Positions 42,700 to 55,391 of a DNA stretch of 64,000 nucleotides are shown here, piece after piece; the stretch's first letter is position 1, and each line of letters starts with the position of its first letter. A model generated the notes under the pieces. The model did not search any database. It was not told the origin of the DNA and worked only from the letters and a program-made list of their open reading frames with translations. The stretch is from Moniliella sp. 'wahieum'. Taxonomy: Eukaryota. The DNA lies in assembly GCA_003971905.1 (NCBI GenBank), contig RSEE01000028.1, forward strand, positions 124,001 to 188,000. The letters run 5' to 3'. Made by a program: the position numbers and the translations under genes.

Positions 42700-43879
42700 A
42701 GAGGAACCTGAGGAAGCCTGGCGATTTGGGCTGTGCCTCGGCTACAGCCAATTTTCCAAGGGGAAGAGCTGATACGTGAGCCATCATCCCACCAGTTACC
42801 TGGGATGGGCCAGGTATATAGCAGAAGCATGTGGATCCTGCACAGCGCTGTCGTGGACGGCTTGCGGCAAGTGAATTTATTGGCCTCACAGTGACCGTAC
42901 CGGGCGAGGCATCATCCGGATGATGGCCACGGGAACGATGGTCGTGGCCCTATTGATCCCCTGGCAGGTGTTGTGCGGCAGGGGACTGGCTTTGTAGTGG
43001 CTGCGCGGGTGCAGCAACAGGCAACGCAGCGGGCGTAGGCGACGCAGAGATGCCAGGGGTATAATGAGACGAGCGAGCATCCCAGCCATGTCCATCATTA
43101 AGAAGCATACAGTCGTATTGCTGTTCATCCGCCTCGCCCTGGCGCTTGAGCCCCTTCATGAAAAGCTCGCGCAAAAAGTCGTAGTCAGGGTCCTCTCAAA
43201 GTCAAACTTGCCAACGTAAAGGAGATAGATGGAGAACTCTCCAGGAAAACCATCGCAAAGGTCTTTTATGGGGTCGTTTGATTCTTCTCGCCGATATCCC
43301 CATAGCCCTGCTTGTTGGAATTGGCCTTAAGTCACTGCCAAGGGAGCGCCAATACGTGGCCTAGCGACTCGAGGTTGTCACGGCGCGACTGCTCACGGCC
43401 TAAGTGGGTGTTGATAGGCATGTACCGGGCTGTTCCCGGAGCGACTTGGGCTCGCGGTAAGGAATGTGCAGTTGTCAGGTGTAATGTCGCTGTATATGAG
43501 GCTCTTTTCGTGCACGGTCTGCACCTGTATGATCGTCTGGCGGGCGATCATGCGCATAGTTTTTTGACGGCAATTTTGTGGCCACACATATCAAACAGGT
43601 CCGAGGACGTTATGCAGTCCCTCCAGGCCAAAGTAGTAGATCTGAGGCACGCCGAGACAGCCGGCCAAGATCTTGTACGAACGGTACTCGTCGCGCAGCT
43701 AGGGCGCATGGCTCTTGCGCGCGGTTCAAAATTAATAGCGAGACGGTCTGGCTGTTTTTAGCAGGTTGGTACCTTCAAAGATGACGCCAAACGAGCCTTC
43801 GCCAATCTTGCGACCAACGTGGTAGTGGATCCCAACGACGCTTGACGTGGCGCCGGAAATAGCCCGCGTGCAACGTCAT
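42700..43879 (-). pseudogene. Decayed casein kinase I (Yck/Cki-type) copy
   Basis: Recognisable [60 protein letters not shown] and EDPDYDFLRELF. However, the catalytic loop reads IYSDITPDN, the DFG segment is deleted, the DLLGPSLE and FMYFLRG segments are deleted, and there is an in-frame stop in LPWQ*LKA. Confidence 0.8.
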
Positions 43880-44149
43880 GGAGGGAGAGGATGAAGCTTG
43901 AAGAGAAAGGGGCTGCGGTGGTAGTGGTTGAACGTTTAACCTTCAACCTCAACTCAACGAGTATTTCGCACTCAGCGTCCAGATCAAGGGGCGGGCCGCC
44001 CAAGACCGGCCCTACAAAAACGCGGGGCGCAACTGCGGAAACATGATTCCGCTCGCTTATTTTTTTCTGCCCTCCCTAGTCGGGCTGTAACCAATCAGGC
44101 GGGGTTCACTGCTTTCTGGTCTACCATTCCCTCGCCTTCAAGCACCGTC

Positions 44150-44591
44150 ATGGCCCCACGAGCAACTCCTGGTACGTCCCATGCATGCTGTCATCATTCA
44201 TGCCGCTGACGCTGCTGTGTAGACAAGATTGGCTCTTTGCTCTTTTGCAGTGCGTGCGGGAGCCTTCTCGACATGGTGTCGGACGACGATGTCATCAAAT
44301 GTGGTGCGTGCGGGACAGGACAAGATGCTCATGTGTATGATGGGTTAACGGTCGTAACCCGATCGCACGCTTCTGCCTTTCCCTCAGTTCTTCGCCAAAA
44401 GCGCCAGCTCGTATCTACGGTGCGGGAGGATGGAGAAGGCGGTGAAAAGGCAGCGACAATCAATGAGCGCTGTCCCAAGTGCAACCACCCCGAGTTGATG
44501 TTCCACACTCTCCATCCGCTCGGCCGACGAGGGGTCTACCGTATTTTACGATTGCCCTAACTGCGGGTACTCATTCAGCCAGAACAACTAA
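44150..44591 (+). CDS. RPA12: RNA polymerase I subunit A12 (Rpa12)
   Basis: [23 protein letters not shown] with intron 44172-44222, [40 protein letters not shown]...NN*. Two Zn ribbons with the TFIIS-like RSADE motif. Confidence 0.92.
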
Positions 44592-46347
44592 ATGCGGGAC
44601 CTTCTTGCAAAATGTACTTCTAGCGCTATTCATGCTTATGGATGCAAATACGGCGAATGAGTGGGGTGGCACAGTAAGTTGGCTGGGATACAGAGCCCAG
44701 CAACCATATAAAACAAGCGATAAGGGCGAGTGATCATTTACCGGGGAGTTCCTTTGCAAGGCGCTGCTGGGAATGATCCATGCACTACTGTTGGCGTTCA
44801 ATCCATTAGCAGGCGCGGTTGCTATTAGTACATAGCAACAATTGCTGCTATTTCTGCGTGTATCTCATTTCTAGCCTGCACAAAGCTAAGGAAAGAGCAG
44901 TGGAAACGCATCGCGTACCACTATCGCCCATTGGGGGCGGTTTTCCGCCTTCCGCCCACCGAAGTACTAACCCATGGGATGGGCGTCGCCAACAAAAGGC
45001 AGACATTTGTGGCACCCGTCGCTCGTCGCTTGGCACTAGTAGGAGTTTCTAACTCGGGTACGGCGGGTGTGAATGCAGATGCAACAGGAGCAGCATGCCA
45101 TCTCCATTGAACGACGCTCTTCCTCTAGTTCGTTCCTGGCATGGGCACGCATTTGCTGTGGGCAGTCGGTGGCAATGTGGCCGGCACGTTGCCCTGGGCC
45201 AACGCGTCAGCGTCTCTGCGTCATGGCGTCCCGGAGCGGATGTGGCAGCCAGCATAGCCGGACCCAGACCGCCACTGTGCCCCATCACCGGCTCGCAAGG
45301 CGCCCAGGCCCGTCGGTCAGCGGCAGCAAAGGGGTGCACTTGGCGTTAGCACCCCGCGTCCAGCCTCAGCTGCTGGGATTAGAGCTAGCTTAGGGCTTAG
45401 TGCCTAGTACGCCTCGAGGGGAGTGCACTGGAGCGGCGCATGCAGGCCCAAGTTGCATGCATTGCAATGCAAGGGCAGGGCATGACAAGGCAAGGCCAGG
45501 CCAGGCAATGCAAGGGCAGGGCACGGCAATGCACCACACCAGCATCCCTCGTACCCCACATCCGGGGCGGAGCGCTGAGGCTCAGCTGCCAGAACGACGC
45601 TCGCAAGCCAGGCACGGGGGCGGCGGTGCTGCGCAATCGGTGCATTTTGGCTCGGCCGGCCACGCAGTGCCAGGCACTGGGCCAGCCTGGGCCCCCAGGC
45701 TGCGGACAGCGGACGCCGTCACCGTCAGCGGTTGCCTGCGTCACCAGTCAGCGCGCCCGCCGCCGTCGCCGTCGCCACCACCATCACCGCCGCCGCCAGA
45801 GCTGCCACGCCGCCTCGTCGCCTGCTGCCTGCCCGTGTCTGCCGCCAAGCCAACCCCGCGGCTGGCTGCCTCACCCTCTGACGCTTCCCCGGCTGCATCG
45901 TCAGGCCCATGTCGAGCAGCATGTGGCGGCCGACGCTCCCTGCACGTTTATCCGCCTTTCTCTGACGGCTGTCCTCCGTCTGTCTCCGCCTTCGCTCTTC
46001 CCTTTCGCGAATCGTCCCCGCCCGATCTGACGCTCAACACACCTCGCCACTAGCTCCGCGCTGGTCACGAGCAGCGAAGGGTCCCCAGCGATCCTGAGCG
46101 CGACGCGATCCCACCCACCTAAGCAGCACGCCACCTCTGCTCCGCGTGCCCATGATACGCTCATGCACTCAGACAACGTCCCCGCTTCGTCTGATGCTCT
46201 TTCTAATGCTCGCTCCTGGCATCACCCCAATGCGGCTACTGGCCTACCCCAGGCCTATCAGCCCTTGCATCCAGCGGAAAACACGGGACACGACACCATT
46301 TTTTGACGAAATGATTTGCGCGGACAGTGTTGGGTATGTGTTCATCC

Positions 46348-49300
46348 ATGCCGCCTTCATCTCCTGACTCTTGTCCCTTTTTTTGTTATTGCTGCAGCCC
46401 GGCTACATCGCACCCTCCTGCCGCATCCCTCGTCTCCGCTGCAGACGCCAGCAATCCCAACTACACCGCTCCAGGGCCGGCGCAAGCTTCCTGGGACCAG
46501 CCCCCTACCACATCCAGCGTGTCGGCTACGGATCCCCGTGACGATGTTTCGGCAGTGGCTCATCTGCAACAGGGATGAGTTCGTATCCCATGCTTTTCAG
46601 AAGCGGGCATCCGACGTGTCCGCGAACATGTCCCAATTCGGTGCTGGCTCTCACTATAGTCATACCAGCGATGCGGATCTAGGCTACACAGCCAAACCAT
46701 CGTACGCCCTCCCCGAGACCAGCTAGACCAGCTGCAAGTCCACGTACATGGCGTTGCGCTCATAGGAGCCAAAGTCGTGTGGAGACACAAATCCGTATGC
46801 GCATCGAGCTTGTTCGCAACAAGATTTACGGTGGTGGAGGTTCCATTGCTGATGATGGGAGGAGCCGGCTCCTGACATGGGGATGGCGTCGAGTCAAGCG
46901 TGCAGTACTGCCACGCCCGCTTTGGACCCCCAGAGTTGTGGCAGCGCATTGGGAGCTTCACTCACGTCAAGCTGCCTCCAGGAACAGGGACTCGGCGTAA
47001 GGGTCGCAAGTTTAAGGAACCGCAAGTTAACCCCCAAGAGACGTTGTTTCTCGACGCAACCGTTGTAACGCGACGTCACCACATGATCGTGTCTATGTGT
47101 GTGAGGGATGCCAAACGAGAGAGCGCAAACGTATCCTCCGCATGAAGGGACGATCCAAGCGTAATGGAGACACGGCCAAGCCCACAAGTACTGGCGACCG
47201 CACTGGCGACACGGGCAATGTTGATGGTGTGGACAGCGACCGCAAAAATGGGCTGGAATCAGAGGAAGCCCCCACTGTGGAGGAGATCCAATCGTTTGGC
47301 ATTGACCCTTCACTGCCCAACGCAGTGGATCTAGCTTTGCGTGTGCGGGAGGAGCGAGCAAGAGAGCGCGTGGTCGTGTTTAACACAGGCGACTATGTCG
47401 AGTTTCACAACGGCGAAGCTGTTCTCCCGACTCGTATCACCTGCTACTGCCGTCACCACAAGGAGAAGATTGGCTTTTGCATCATCTTCACCCTGCGAGA
47501 CTGGACTGGGCAGCTGTTAGCTACGGGGACCACTCCACCCATCATGATCACCGACGATCATAAAACTTCACAAGGTCCTCAAGCTCAGGCCCATATGCAA
47601 GCTCAGGCCGATGCTCTCGCGAGGTACTCGCCCAAGCCCGTGCTAATAGGGCGGCTAGCCTTCGCGCGCAAGGGATCACCTCGCCTCCGGCCCCCCTCTT
47701 TGGATCACCGAGCTTCGACGAACCTTCTTCCGTATCGCCTCATACATGCCGTGTGGTTTGGATGCGGCGGGCACCATCCCAGCCCAGAACAGCCCTGCTG
47801 GCCGCGTTGAAAGAGCGGCGCAAGAGCTCCAATTCGCGGTCAAAACCATATGCCCGCTGCCTTAGCATGCATCTTCGTCCCAGACGATGGGTTCTGCTAG
47901 CGCACGCCCATCACATCGGCAATCTTCTCGCCACTCTCTCGGAACTGGAGATACAGCCATGTCCCTGGCGTCAAACGATGGGACTCCGCCGACATTTGAC
48001 CCACGCATGTCAATCACTTCTGCTGTTTCCCTTCAACCACCCGACGCGTCTGTCCGTTCGCGCAAGAGTGTGGTTAGCTCTGTTTCTGCAAACGAAGCGC
48101 AGCTGGTTGCTTCACCTGCCTCGAGTCATGGCACAGTGCCAACGGGTCCGATGCCCCTCTCTGCACTTCAATCTGGCTTGGCGCCAGATACACTTCAGCC
48201 TTTGCCCGATCCTGGAAATCTGTCATCGTTGAGCCCCAATGCAGGCAATCCTTCGGCCTATACGGATTCGTCTATGCTGCTTCAAGCGTATGCGTTTGCT
48301 CGGTCTCAAGCGGAAGCAATGTTTGGGAACAGCCCTATGTTCTTTAACGGCCAGGGCCAGCCCAACCCTCATGTCTATGCCGCCATGTTATCTGCTATGC
48401 AGTCGCTGCGCAATGAGCAGCAGACCGACGCTCCAGGGGCAAACACCTCTTTGGCCTTTCCTCCTGTGGTCCCGACGCTCCCCCAGCCCCTTCTAGTGCT
48501 CGGGCCAGCACGGCCGGTTTGGTTGATGTGGCGATGGACACTTCGGCAGGTCAACCCGCAGTACACTCTGCATTACAGACTTCGATGAGGAAAGCACTGC
48601 TCTTGCTGTGCCTAAGATCGCCCAGCTCATTCCGTTTGAGGGCCCTACTACGGGAGGGATTGAGGTTACTGTGTTGGGGGAGAATTTTGTCGAAGGAATC
48701 AGCGCCGTTTTTGGAGACTATCCGGCCATCTCCACCAAAGTGTGGGCGAAGAATACCTTGGTTTGTGTTCTTCCCCCAGCGTCATCTCCTGGCCCAGTGA
48801 TCGTCAGTCTTCGTCTGCCCATTCACCCGTCCCATTCCATTCCGAAACCGAGGAACAACCCCCTTTAGCTTTCTTTACATACGTCGAACAAGCGGACCGT
48901 TCCCTGATGGAGCTCGCTCTGCAGTTGTGGGACTCAAGATGACCGGCCAAATGCACTCAGCGCGCGACGTTGCCATGCGCGTTGTCGGGACCGGCGCCGA
49001 TACCTCAGCGGGGGTGGGGCCGGGTCGACGGGGTCGAGGCCAGAAGGGCAGCAACACTCCACCGGTGGTGTTGCCTCACAGTTCACTTTGCTTGCGCGTG
49101 ACGCTACTACGGGAAGCTCGTCCAACCCTGTCCAATTACAGGACTCGCTGTTGTCATTGCTGGCCATGTCAGATGAGCAGATTCCTGTCTCGCATTCACA
49201 AGAAGTGGTAGAGGAACGTGGCGCGCCATGGGTCTGCCGTGCTCGCCTGCCTCCTCATGCACGAAGCCGAGCCGTTGGCTTGGCAAATCAAGCGGGGCAG

Positions 49301-50478
49301 ACGCTTCTCCACTTGGCCGTCGTCCTCGGGTTGCGCAATTGGTGGACGACCTGCTACGTCGCGGTGCCCCAGTCAATGCCCAAGATCGATGTGGACTAAC
49401 GCCATTACATTTTGCCGCCATGCATGGACGCACAAGCATTGCTCGTCGACTGTTGTCCAACTTTGCTAACCCATTCGCGCGGACTCGGACAGGGCTCGCG
49501 CCCCTGGAGCTTGCTCGCACTAGCAAGCAGGACGAGATGGTTGCTCTCCTCCAGACCCATTTCGCCGACCTTGCTTCTTCGCCGTCAACAAGCCTGGTGA
49601 ACGCTCGAGACGAATCTTGGGCTTGGTCCGAGGATGACTTCGCCGCAAAAGGTGAGAATAATTTGGCTGGTTCATCGGCCAAGGCAGCTATTGCCGCTCC
49701 CCGTTCTCGATGCACTTCGGTTGATGAGGACAATCTCTCTTCTTCCAGTGTGTCCGAGTCCCAACCCGACTCGTGTCGAGCCTCTCCCGAAGTGTCTGCA
49801 CCAGTGACCACTCAGACCAGAAAGCGGAGAAGTCATCCTCGGCATCGAAAAAATCTGGGCGAGCGTCAGGACAACACGGGAGAAGGCGTCATTGGAAAAG
49901 CCCATCTCGTCCGAAAAGAGGCCTTCAGTGTCCGAAGAGAAGAAAGCGTTGGCAGCCAGGTTGGCGATGGTGGCCTGAGAACCCACGACGCAAGTTTGGC
50001 CTGTCGAAGCTGCAACAATCCTTTCCCCTGCTGCCTTGACTGCTACGCCTATTTCGGTCTTCCACGTGGGTCTTTCCTCCAACGAACCGGTCTTGGCCTC
50101 TGCGGAGGAAAGGAATAAAGCGATTGCACCTTCCACTGCGACACAGACTGATCCCTCGGGTTCGTTGCAGCACTCTCGCAGGAGGAGCTCGTCTGTGATG
50201 TCTGGGGGGACCTCGATTCGCAAGCGTGGCTCCAGGAGCAAGGCGAAGGACGATGGCCGGGATGGAGCTGTGATGGTCGTGGCTTCGAACGGGGGTGCCA
50301 AGGGGCGGCGCGCCCCCCCTGGTGGGAGGACCGGATGCTGCTGTTCTTCTGGTTGCCAGCTCTGTTTGTGGCCCTCGTCGTCTTCCTGTTGATCTCGATC
50401 GGACCCTTGCAGCACCTGCACGATGCGATGCGCAAAGGCAACCTGTTCAAGCTGTATCCTGACGAACGTCAGCTATGA
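46348..50478 (+). CDS. Spt23/Mga2-like ER-membrane-bound transcription factor (IPT/TIG + ankyrin + C-terminal TM)
   Basis: GAK(S)RVETQIRM, CQTRERKR, RITCYCRHHKEKIGF, PPIMITDDHK, IPT domain LIPFEGPTTGGIEVTVLGENF...TLVCVLPP, ankyrin repeats GQTLLHLA and GLTPLHFAAMHG, TM DRMLLFFWLPALFVALVVFLL. Start uncertain; frameshifted. Confidence 0.9.
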
Positions 50479-52007
50479 TCCGCCTTGCCCAGCTGCACTC
50501 TATTCGGTTGATGGGGGCACTATGTCTCCCACCCTCTTATTGCCGCTTGACCTCCCCTTCCTGTTCTTGTGCCTTGTTCCGCTCCTCTCCCGCACCTGCG
50601 TCTGCCTTTACTTGCTCGTGAGACCGTTGTTGTATGGTCTTTTCTGGAGTGTGCTGGTCGCTGCGCCTCGCCCTCTCTCTTTCCTCTGTGACGCGCATTG
50701 CTGATGCGATCGATGCGCCTCTTCCGCCGGCGACCTTCGGAGCGCTCCATGTATCTACCTACCCACTCGCTCCAGCTACTGCGGTCCTCCCTATGCCCCT
50801 CTCGCCTATGGCTCGCAATCTGCCCCCACCCCCTCCGCTCACTGTTTGGTCTCTCCCCAACGAAGGCTCGCCGCGTAGAATCGATAACTGTTTGACAAGT
50901 GGCCGAGAATGGAAGGCGATATCATAGCGCGCGTCGTATAGTGAGTGGCTCACGATCGTACTGCAGATCAAGATGCAAAAATGTTTCCTCAAGACGTACG
51001 GGCGTGCCGGAGCGAGCGCCGCGCAGTACCCTCCGCCAAACCCGGACCAACATTGACTGGGCCTGTTGTTTGATGTGGTCCCTGCTGAGGAAGGAGGGGG
51101 TGGCCAGGGACTACAGAAGCAGGGTGGGACTTGTGGGAGGAGGCTCCCCGGTATGAGGACCAGACGTGGATGATGACTACAACCAAAACGACTTCTACTT
51201 TGGTTCGGGCGGCGAGCTGAGGATGGTAACGATGGCGACGATGGCAACGATGGCGACGATGGTGGGGTAATGGCGAGGTACGTTCGAGTATATAGTCGCT
51301 ATGCCCCAGTTGTGAGGCCTCATCGATTTGCGCATATCCTACCTTTCCCGCCATTGGCGCCGCTCAACTGCGTATTCACGGTTCATCAAGAACTATACCA
51401 CACTGACTGCACTTGTTTGCCGGGCAACTCGTTTCGGATTGTATACCACTACACCACTTCTCCTGGCGAGAAAAGATACGGGACGGGCTGTGACCTACGT
51501 GCAGAGTGGGCATGAGTGGGCGTGAGCAGTCGGAATGGAATATGGCCGTTGTTTCGTAAAGAAGCGGGGAAAGAAAGGGATTGGAGGGTCCGTATGAGAG
51601 CCACCGCAAGTAGAAGCAGGAAACGACGGGGCGCGCACGGACAGGCATGCAGGCATCAACGTGAAGAAAGGGGTGGGCACTGCGGCAAGGACTAGACAAC
51701 CCTCCACCCGGAGCTCGCAGCCAGCGAAAGCACCATGGGGGAGGGCAATGCTGCCAGCGTGGGGTAGGTATTGCAGCGCAGTATGGCAGCCGAGCCAAAG
51801 CGCATGCGGAGGGGAAGGAACAGGGACGAGGTCAGCAGATGGTAGACAAGTGGATGAGTGGACGAGGAAAAGGGGGATAGATGGTGGTGGTATACAGGCA
51901 CGGGGCCAGGCAAGAGCAAAACGATTGGAGCCACCGCTCCGCAGTACCGCGTTCATTTGGGGCAAACCGCCGTGCGGGAACAAGAGAAGTCTCCCCCCGA
52001 AACGGAC

Positions 52008-52750
52008 TTAGAGGATAATGCATCCGCCACAGCAGCCAGAGTCGTGGGCGCCATCCTCCGCTTGCAAGGGCTGCATCCCACCCGCAATTCCAGCCCCCGC
52101 AGGCATCATCCCGGCCCCTCCCCCTACCCCTGCGCCGGCACCGGCACCGACGCCGGCGCTGGGCCCGTACCCGGCGCTCGCTGTTCCGCCCAAGCCGAGA
52201 TGCCCCCCCGTGAGCTCGCGGTTAAAACGACGAATCTCACGAACCAAATTGTAGAAGGCTTCATCCACATTGATCCGCTGCTTGGCACTCGTCTCGGTGA
52301 AGCGGCAGCCAAACATCTTGGCCAGTTCGCGGCCCTCATGAGATCCCACCTGACGCTCGTACTCCAAGTCGCACTTATTAGCCACCACGACAACGGGGAA
52401 GCGGTCCTTGTCCTTGACACGGAGGATCTGTTGGTGGAAGGTGCTGATCTCATCAAACGAGCTGCGACTGGTGATGGAGAAACCAGGAGAAAGCCCTCGC
52501 CGGTGCGCATATATTGCTCGCGCATGGCCGAGTACTCCTCCTGGCCAGCAGTGTCGAGCACGTCGAGGAGGGCGACCTCGTCGTCAATGACGCATTGCTT
52601 GCGGTACGAGTCCTCGATGGTGGGGTCGTACTCGTCGACAAAGTGGGACTGGATGAACTGGATGGTAAGTGCGCTCTTGCCAACGCCGCCGCCGCCGACG
52701 ACAACAAGCTTGTACTCGCGCAAGAACTGGGCGGGCATGACGCCAGACAT
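52008..52750 (-). CDS. RAS1: Ras1 small GTPase
   Basis: [50 protein letters not shown]-terminal GCCGGCIIL (palmitoylation cysteines plus CAAX). One frameshift near 52480; no intron seen. Confidence 0.97.
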
Positions 52751-55033
52751 GGTGGTGGATGGGGGGTGGCCGGACCAAGGGCGTGGGGGCGAATGCTGGG
52801 CTGCGCTGCGCTGCGCCTGGGCTCTGAGAGGGTCTGGGGCGCGGCAGAGCAGAACGCAGCGCAGGGGAACCCAAGCCCAGCAGGGCGCTGTGCCACCGGC
52901 GCCCCAGAGCCAAAGCGGCGCCGGCCAGCCACACACTGTCCCCGTGCCACATCCGCACCCTGCCGTTCCGTGATGAGTTTCGCGGTGTGTCAGATCCCGC
53001 CCCAGAGCCCAGTGCCCCTGTGCCTGCATCCGCGCCTACGCTTACCGTTAAACGTCCTTTGGGCGTTTTGGGGCCTTTGCGACGTTTTTTTAATCCCGAG
53101 GCCTCCACGAGCGTCACGACCTTAGGGTTGTAGCCGTCGACTAGCTTGCCTCGGCTCGGCGCTCAGACGCTCAGGCACCACCCGGCGAGGCTGGCTGGAA
53201 CCAGTCCACCACCTCGCTTTCCTTGCCCTCACGCAGTGTGGCTGCATCCCTGGCGGTGGCGTATGCCACATAGCTTCTAGGGCGCTACTTGACGCCCGGG
53301 TCCTAATGTGCCCCTGCCGCTCAATGAGAAAAGGAGCAGGGTCGCACTCGCGTTCTGAATATTGAAAGAGAGAATCGGCAAGTTGGCATATCTGCTGCTG
53401 ACCATTAATTGCATACAGGACCCTTAAGCCCCAAACCGGAGCGTCAGGGCATCCGGTGCGCGTGGGTACGCAGACAGCCCACTACACCACGGGGGTTATT
53501 CGCTTTCTTTTGCCACAGTCATCGAAGCCATCAGTCGTTGGGTAAGTACGGGCACGAGTTTGCGCCCATCTCAGGTCGCTCGCGCATGTGGTCAATTAGT
53601 ATCTCTGGCAGTGGCAATGACGGCTCGATAAGAGGTGCAGGCGAAATGACGGTCTGGGCGCGCGAAGCCAGTCTCCTATATATATACGCCTACATCCCAT
53701 TTTACCGTTTCTTTGTTGGCTCACCACACTGGCGGATGCACCACAAAAATGTTTAACCAAAGTGTGCACATATCTTGACTCACCATGTGTGCGCTCTCAG
53801 TTACTCTTTTGTGCCATCAGTGTGCTTTACTACGTTTACTGCTGCCCCCCTACTATGTGGTATCCCGCTATAAGCAGGCACAGAGCCTATACTACTGATG
53901 ACCAATTGGCTGGCAATTAAACATACAGAAGATTGAAGGTATTGAGAACAGGTGAGTGCATGGATGACATGCGTCTCAAGCGTCAAATTGCGTCGCTTCC
54001 ACGTTGATTCTTCTACATTTTGAGAGTATCGGATGTGTTGAGCCACACCGTCGGTGGCTCGTGTGTTTTGGCCAACGTCTCTTCAGTTTCTCCCTCAGGC
54101 CTGCGAGTTCCGTTTTGTTTTCTTGCTTCTATTTTACCTGTTCTGCAGCCTAGCCCGTGGAGGAGACTCTGGGGCTGGTTAATGTTCCTCTGTAGGTGTT
54201 GCTGATTGGTTTAGACCACTACCACCACTAGCAGAACGATTGCATCATGCTCGAGAACATCAGGATCTAGTAGATCTCATCAGGATGTATTGTGGATAGG
54301 GTAGAGGACAACAGAAGCGAACACAGGGGAGCACAATGGAAACCAAAAAGGGCGATGAGGACAACGCGTGTTTCTGTGCCACCGTCGCAAAGAAGGTCTG
54401 TCTAGGGATGCCATTTAAACTCCACGTCACGCGTCACGACAGAAAAGCGTACTTTCGACTATCTATAATCTCTAACACACGCCGGATGAGCAGGTCGGTT
54501 AAAGCGCAGCCTTTTTTTGTCCCGCCTTAGTAAGCTCTGTCAATGATATGGTTACAGTATATATATACGTCTCTCGATTCGCTGCACACACCATACACAT
54601 CACCGGCCCAAAAGATGTCTCAAGATAATGGCAAGATATCCTGGGGTTTGAGGGTCTAACCTCACGCGTCACGGTGAGGCCACGGAGAGATCTGAGATCT
54701 GATGCCTCAGAGGAGGCTGCGGGATGCTCCGGTCAAATAACCGGCACGGTGTGGTGTGGCTGAGTGATCTTTCGATCAGTTTTGTACCCTATAACATTGG
54801 CATGCATTATATAACAGCCTAGAGCGTCTGTTGTTTGCACGTTGGATGAAATGCAAGAAGCGATTTAAACCTCATGTTTTCAGCCCAAAAGTAATCAGTT
54901 ACTCACAAGTTACTATCGCTATAGCGTTCCTATATAGTAGCTTACTGCAGCTATTCCCCTGCCGGTTATCGAGAAGTTATCGTAACCGGTTACCGTAACC
55001 GTTACCTATTTTTTCGATCTATCCAAGTCGCCC

Positions 55034-55244
55034 TGTTGACCACCAGTGGTCTAGAGCCCATCGGCCTTCAGTGACACGTGGCCCGATCCACACAGTGCAC
55101 CGGGGCAGTGAGTTCCGACCCTTCCACGGGTTTCCACTGGCCTCCAGGCCAGGAGCCTATCAAGGCCCATAGCTCTAGCTCTCCTTAGCTCTTGAATGCC
55201 ATCTCCATCGACCATCGCCAGCATCGCTAGCTAGGCCTGTGACA
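55034..55244 (+). repeat. 5' LTR
   Basis: TGTTGACCACC...GGCCTGTGACA; identical by eye to 60090-60300. Confidence 0.97.
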
Positions 55245-55260
55245 GAGCTACAATCTGAAG
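55245..55260 (+). other. Putative primer-binding site (non-TGG, half-tRNA type)
   Basis: GAGCTACAATCTGAAG directly follows the 5' LTR. Its reverse complement CTTCAGA-TTGTAGC-TC resembles an anticodon arm with a GUA anticodon. Confidence 0.5.
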
Positions 55261-55391
55261 CACCCCACTGGCGCAAAGGATCAATACTCAGCACCACCAT
55301 CGGCGCCCACCGTCACCACCACCACCCCAACGCCACCATCGGCACCACACACCAACCAATTCAAAAAAAAACAAAGGAAAAATCAGCCACC

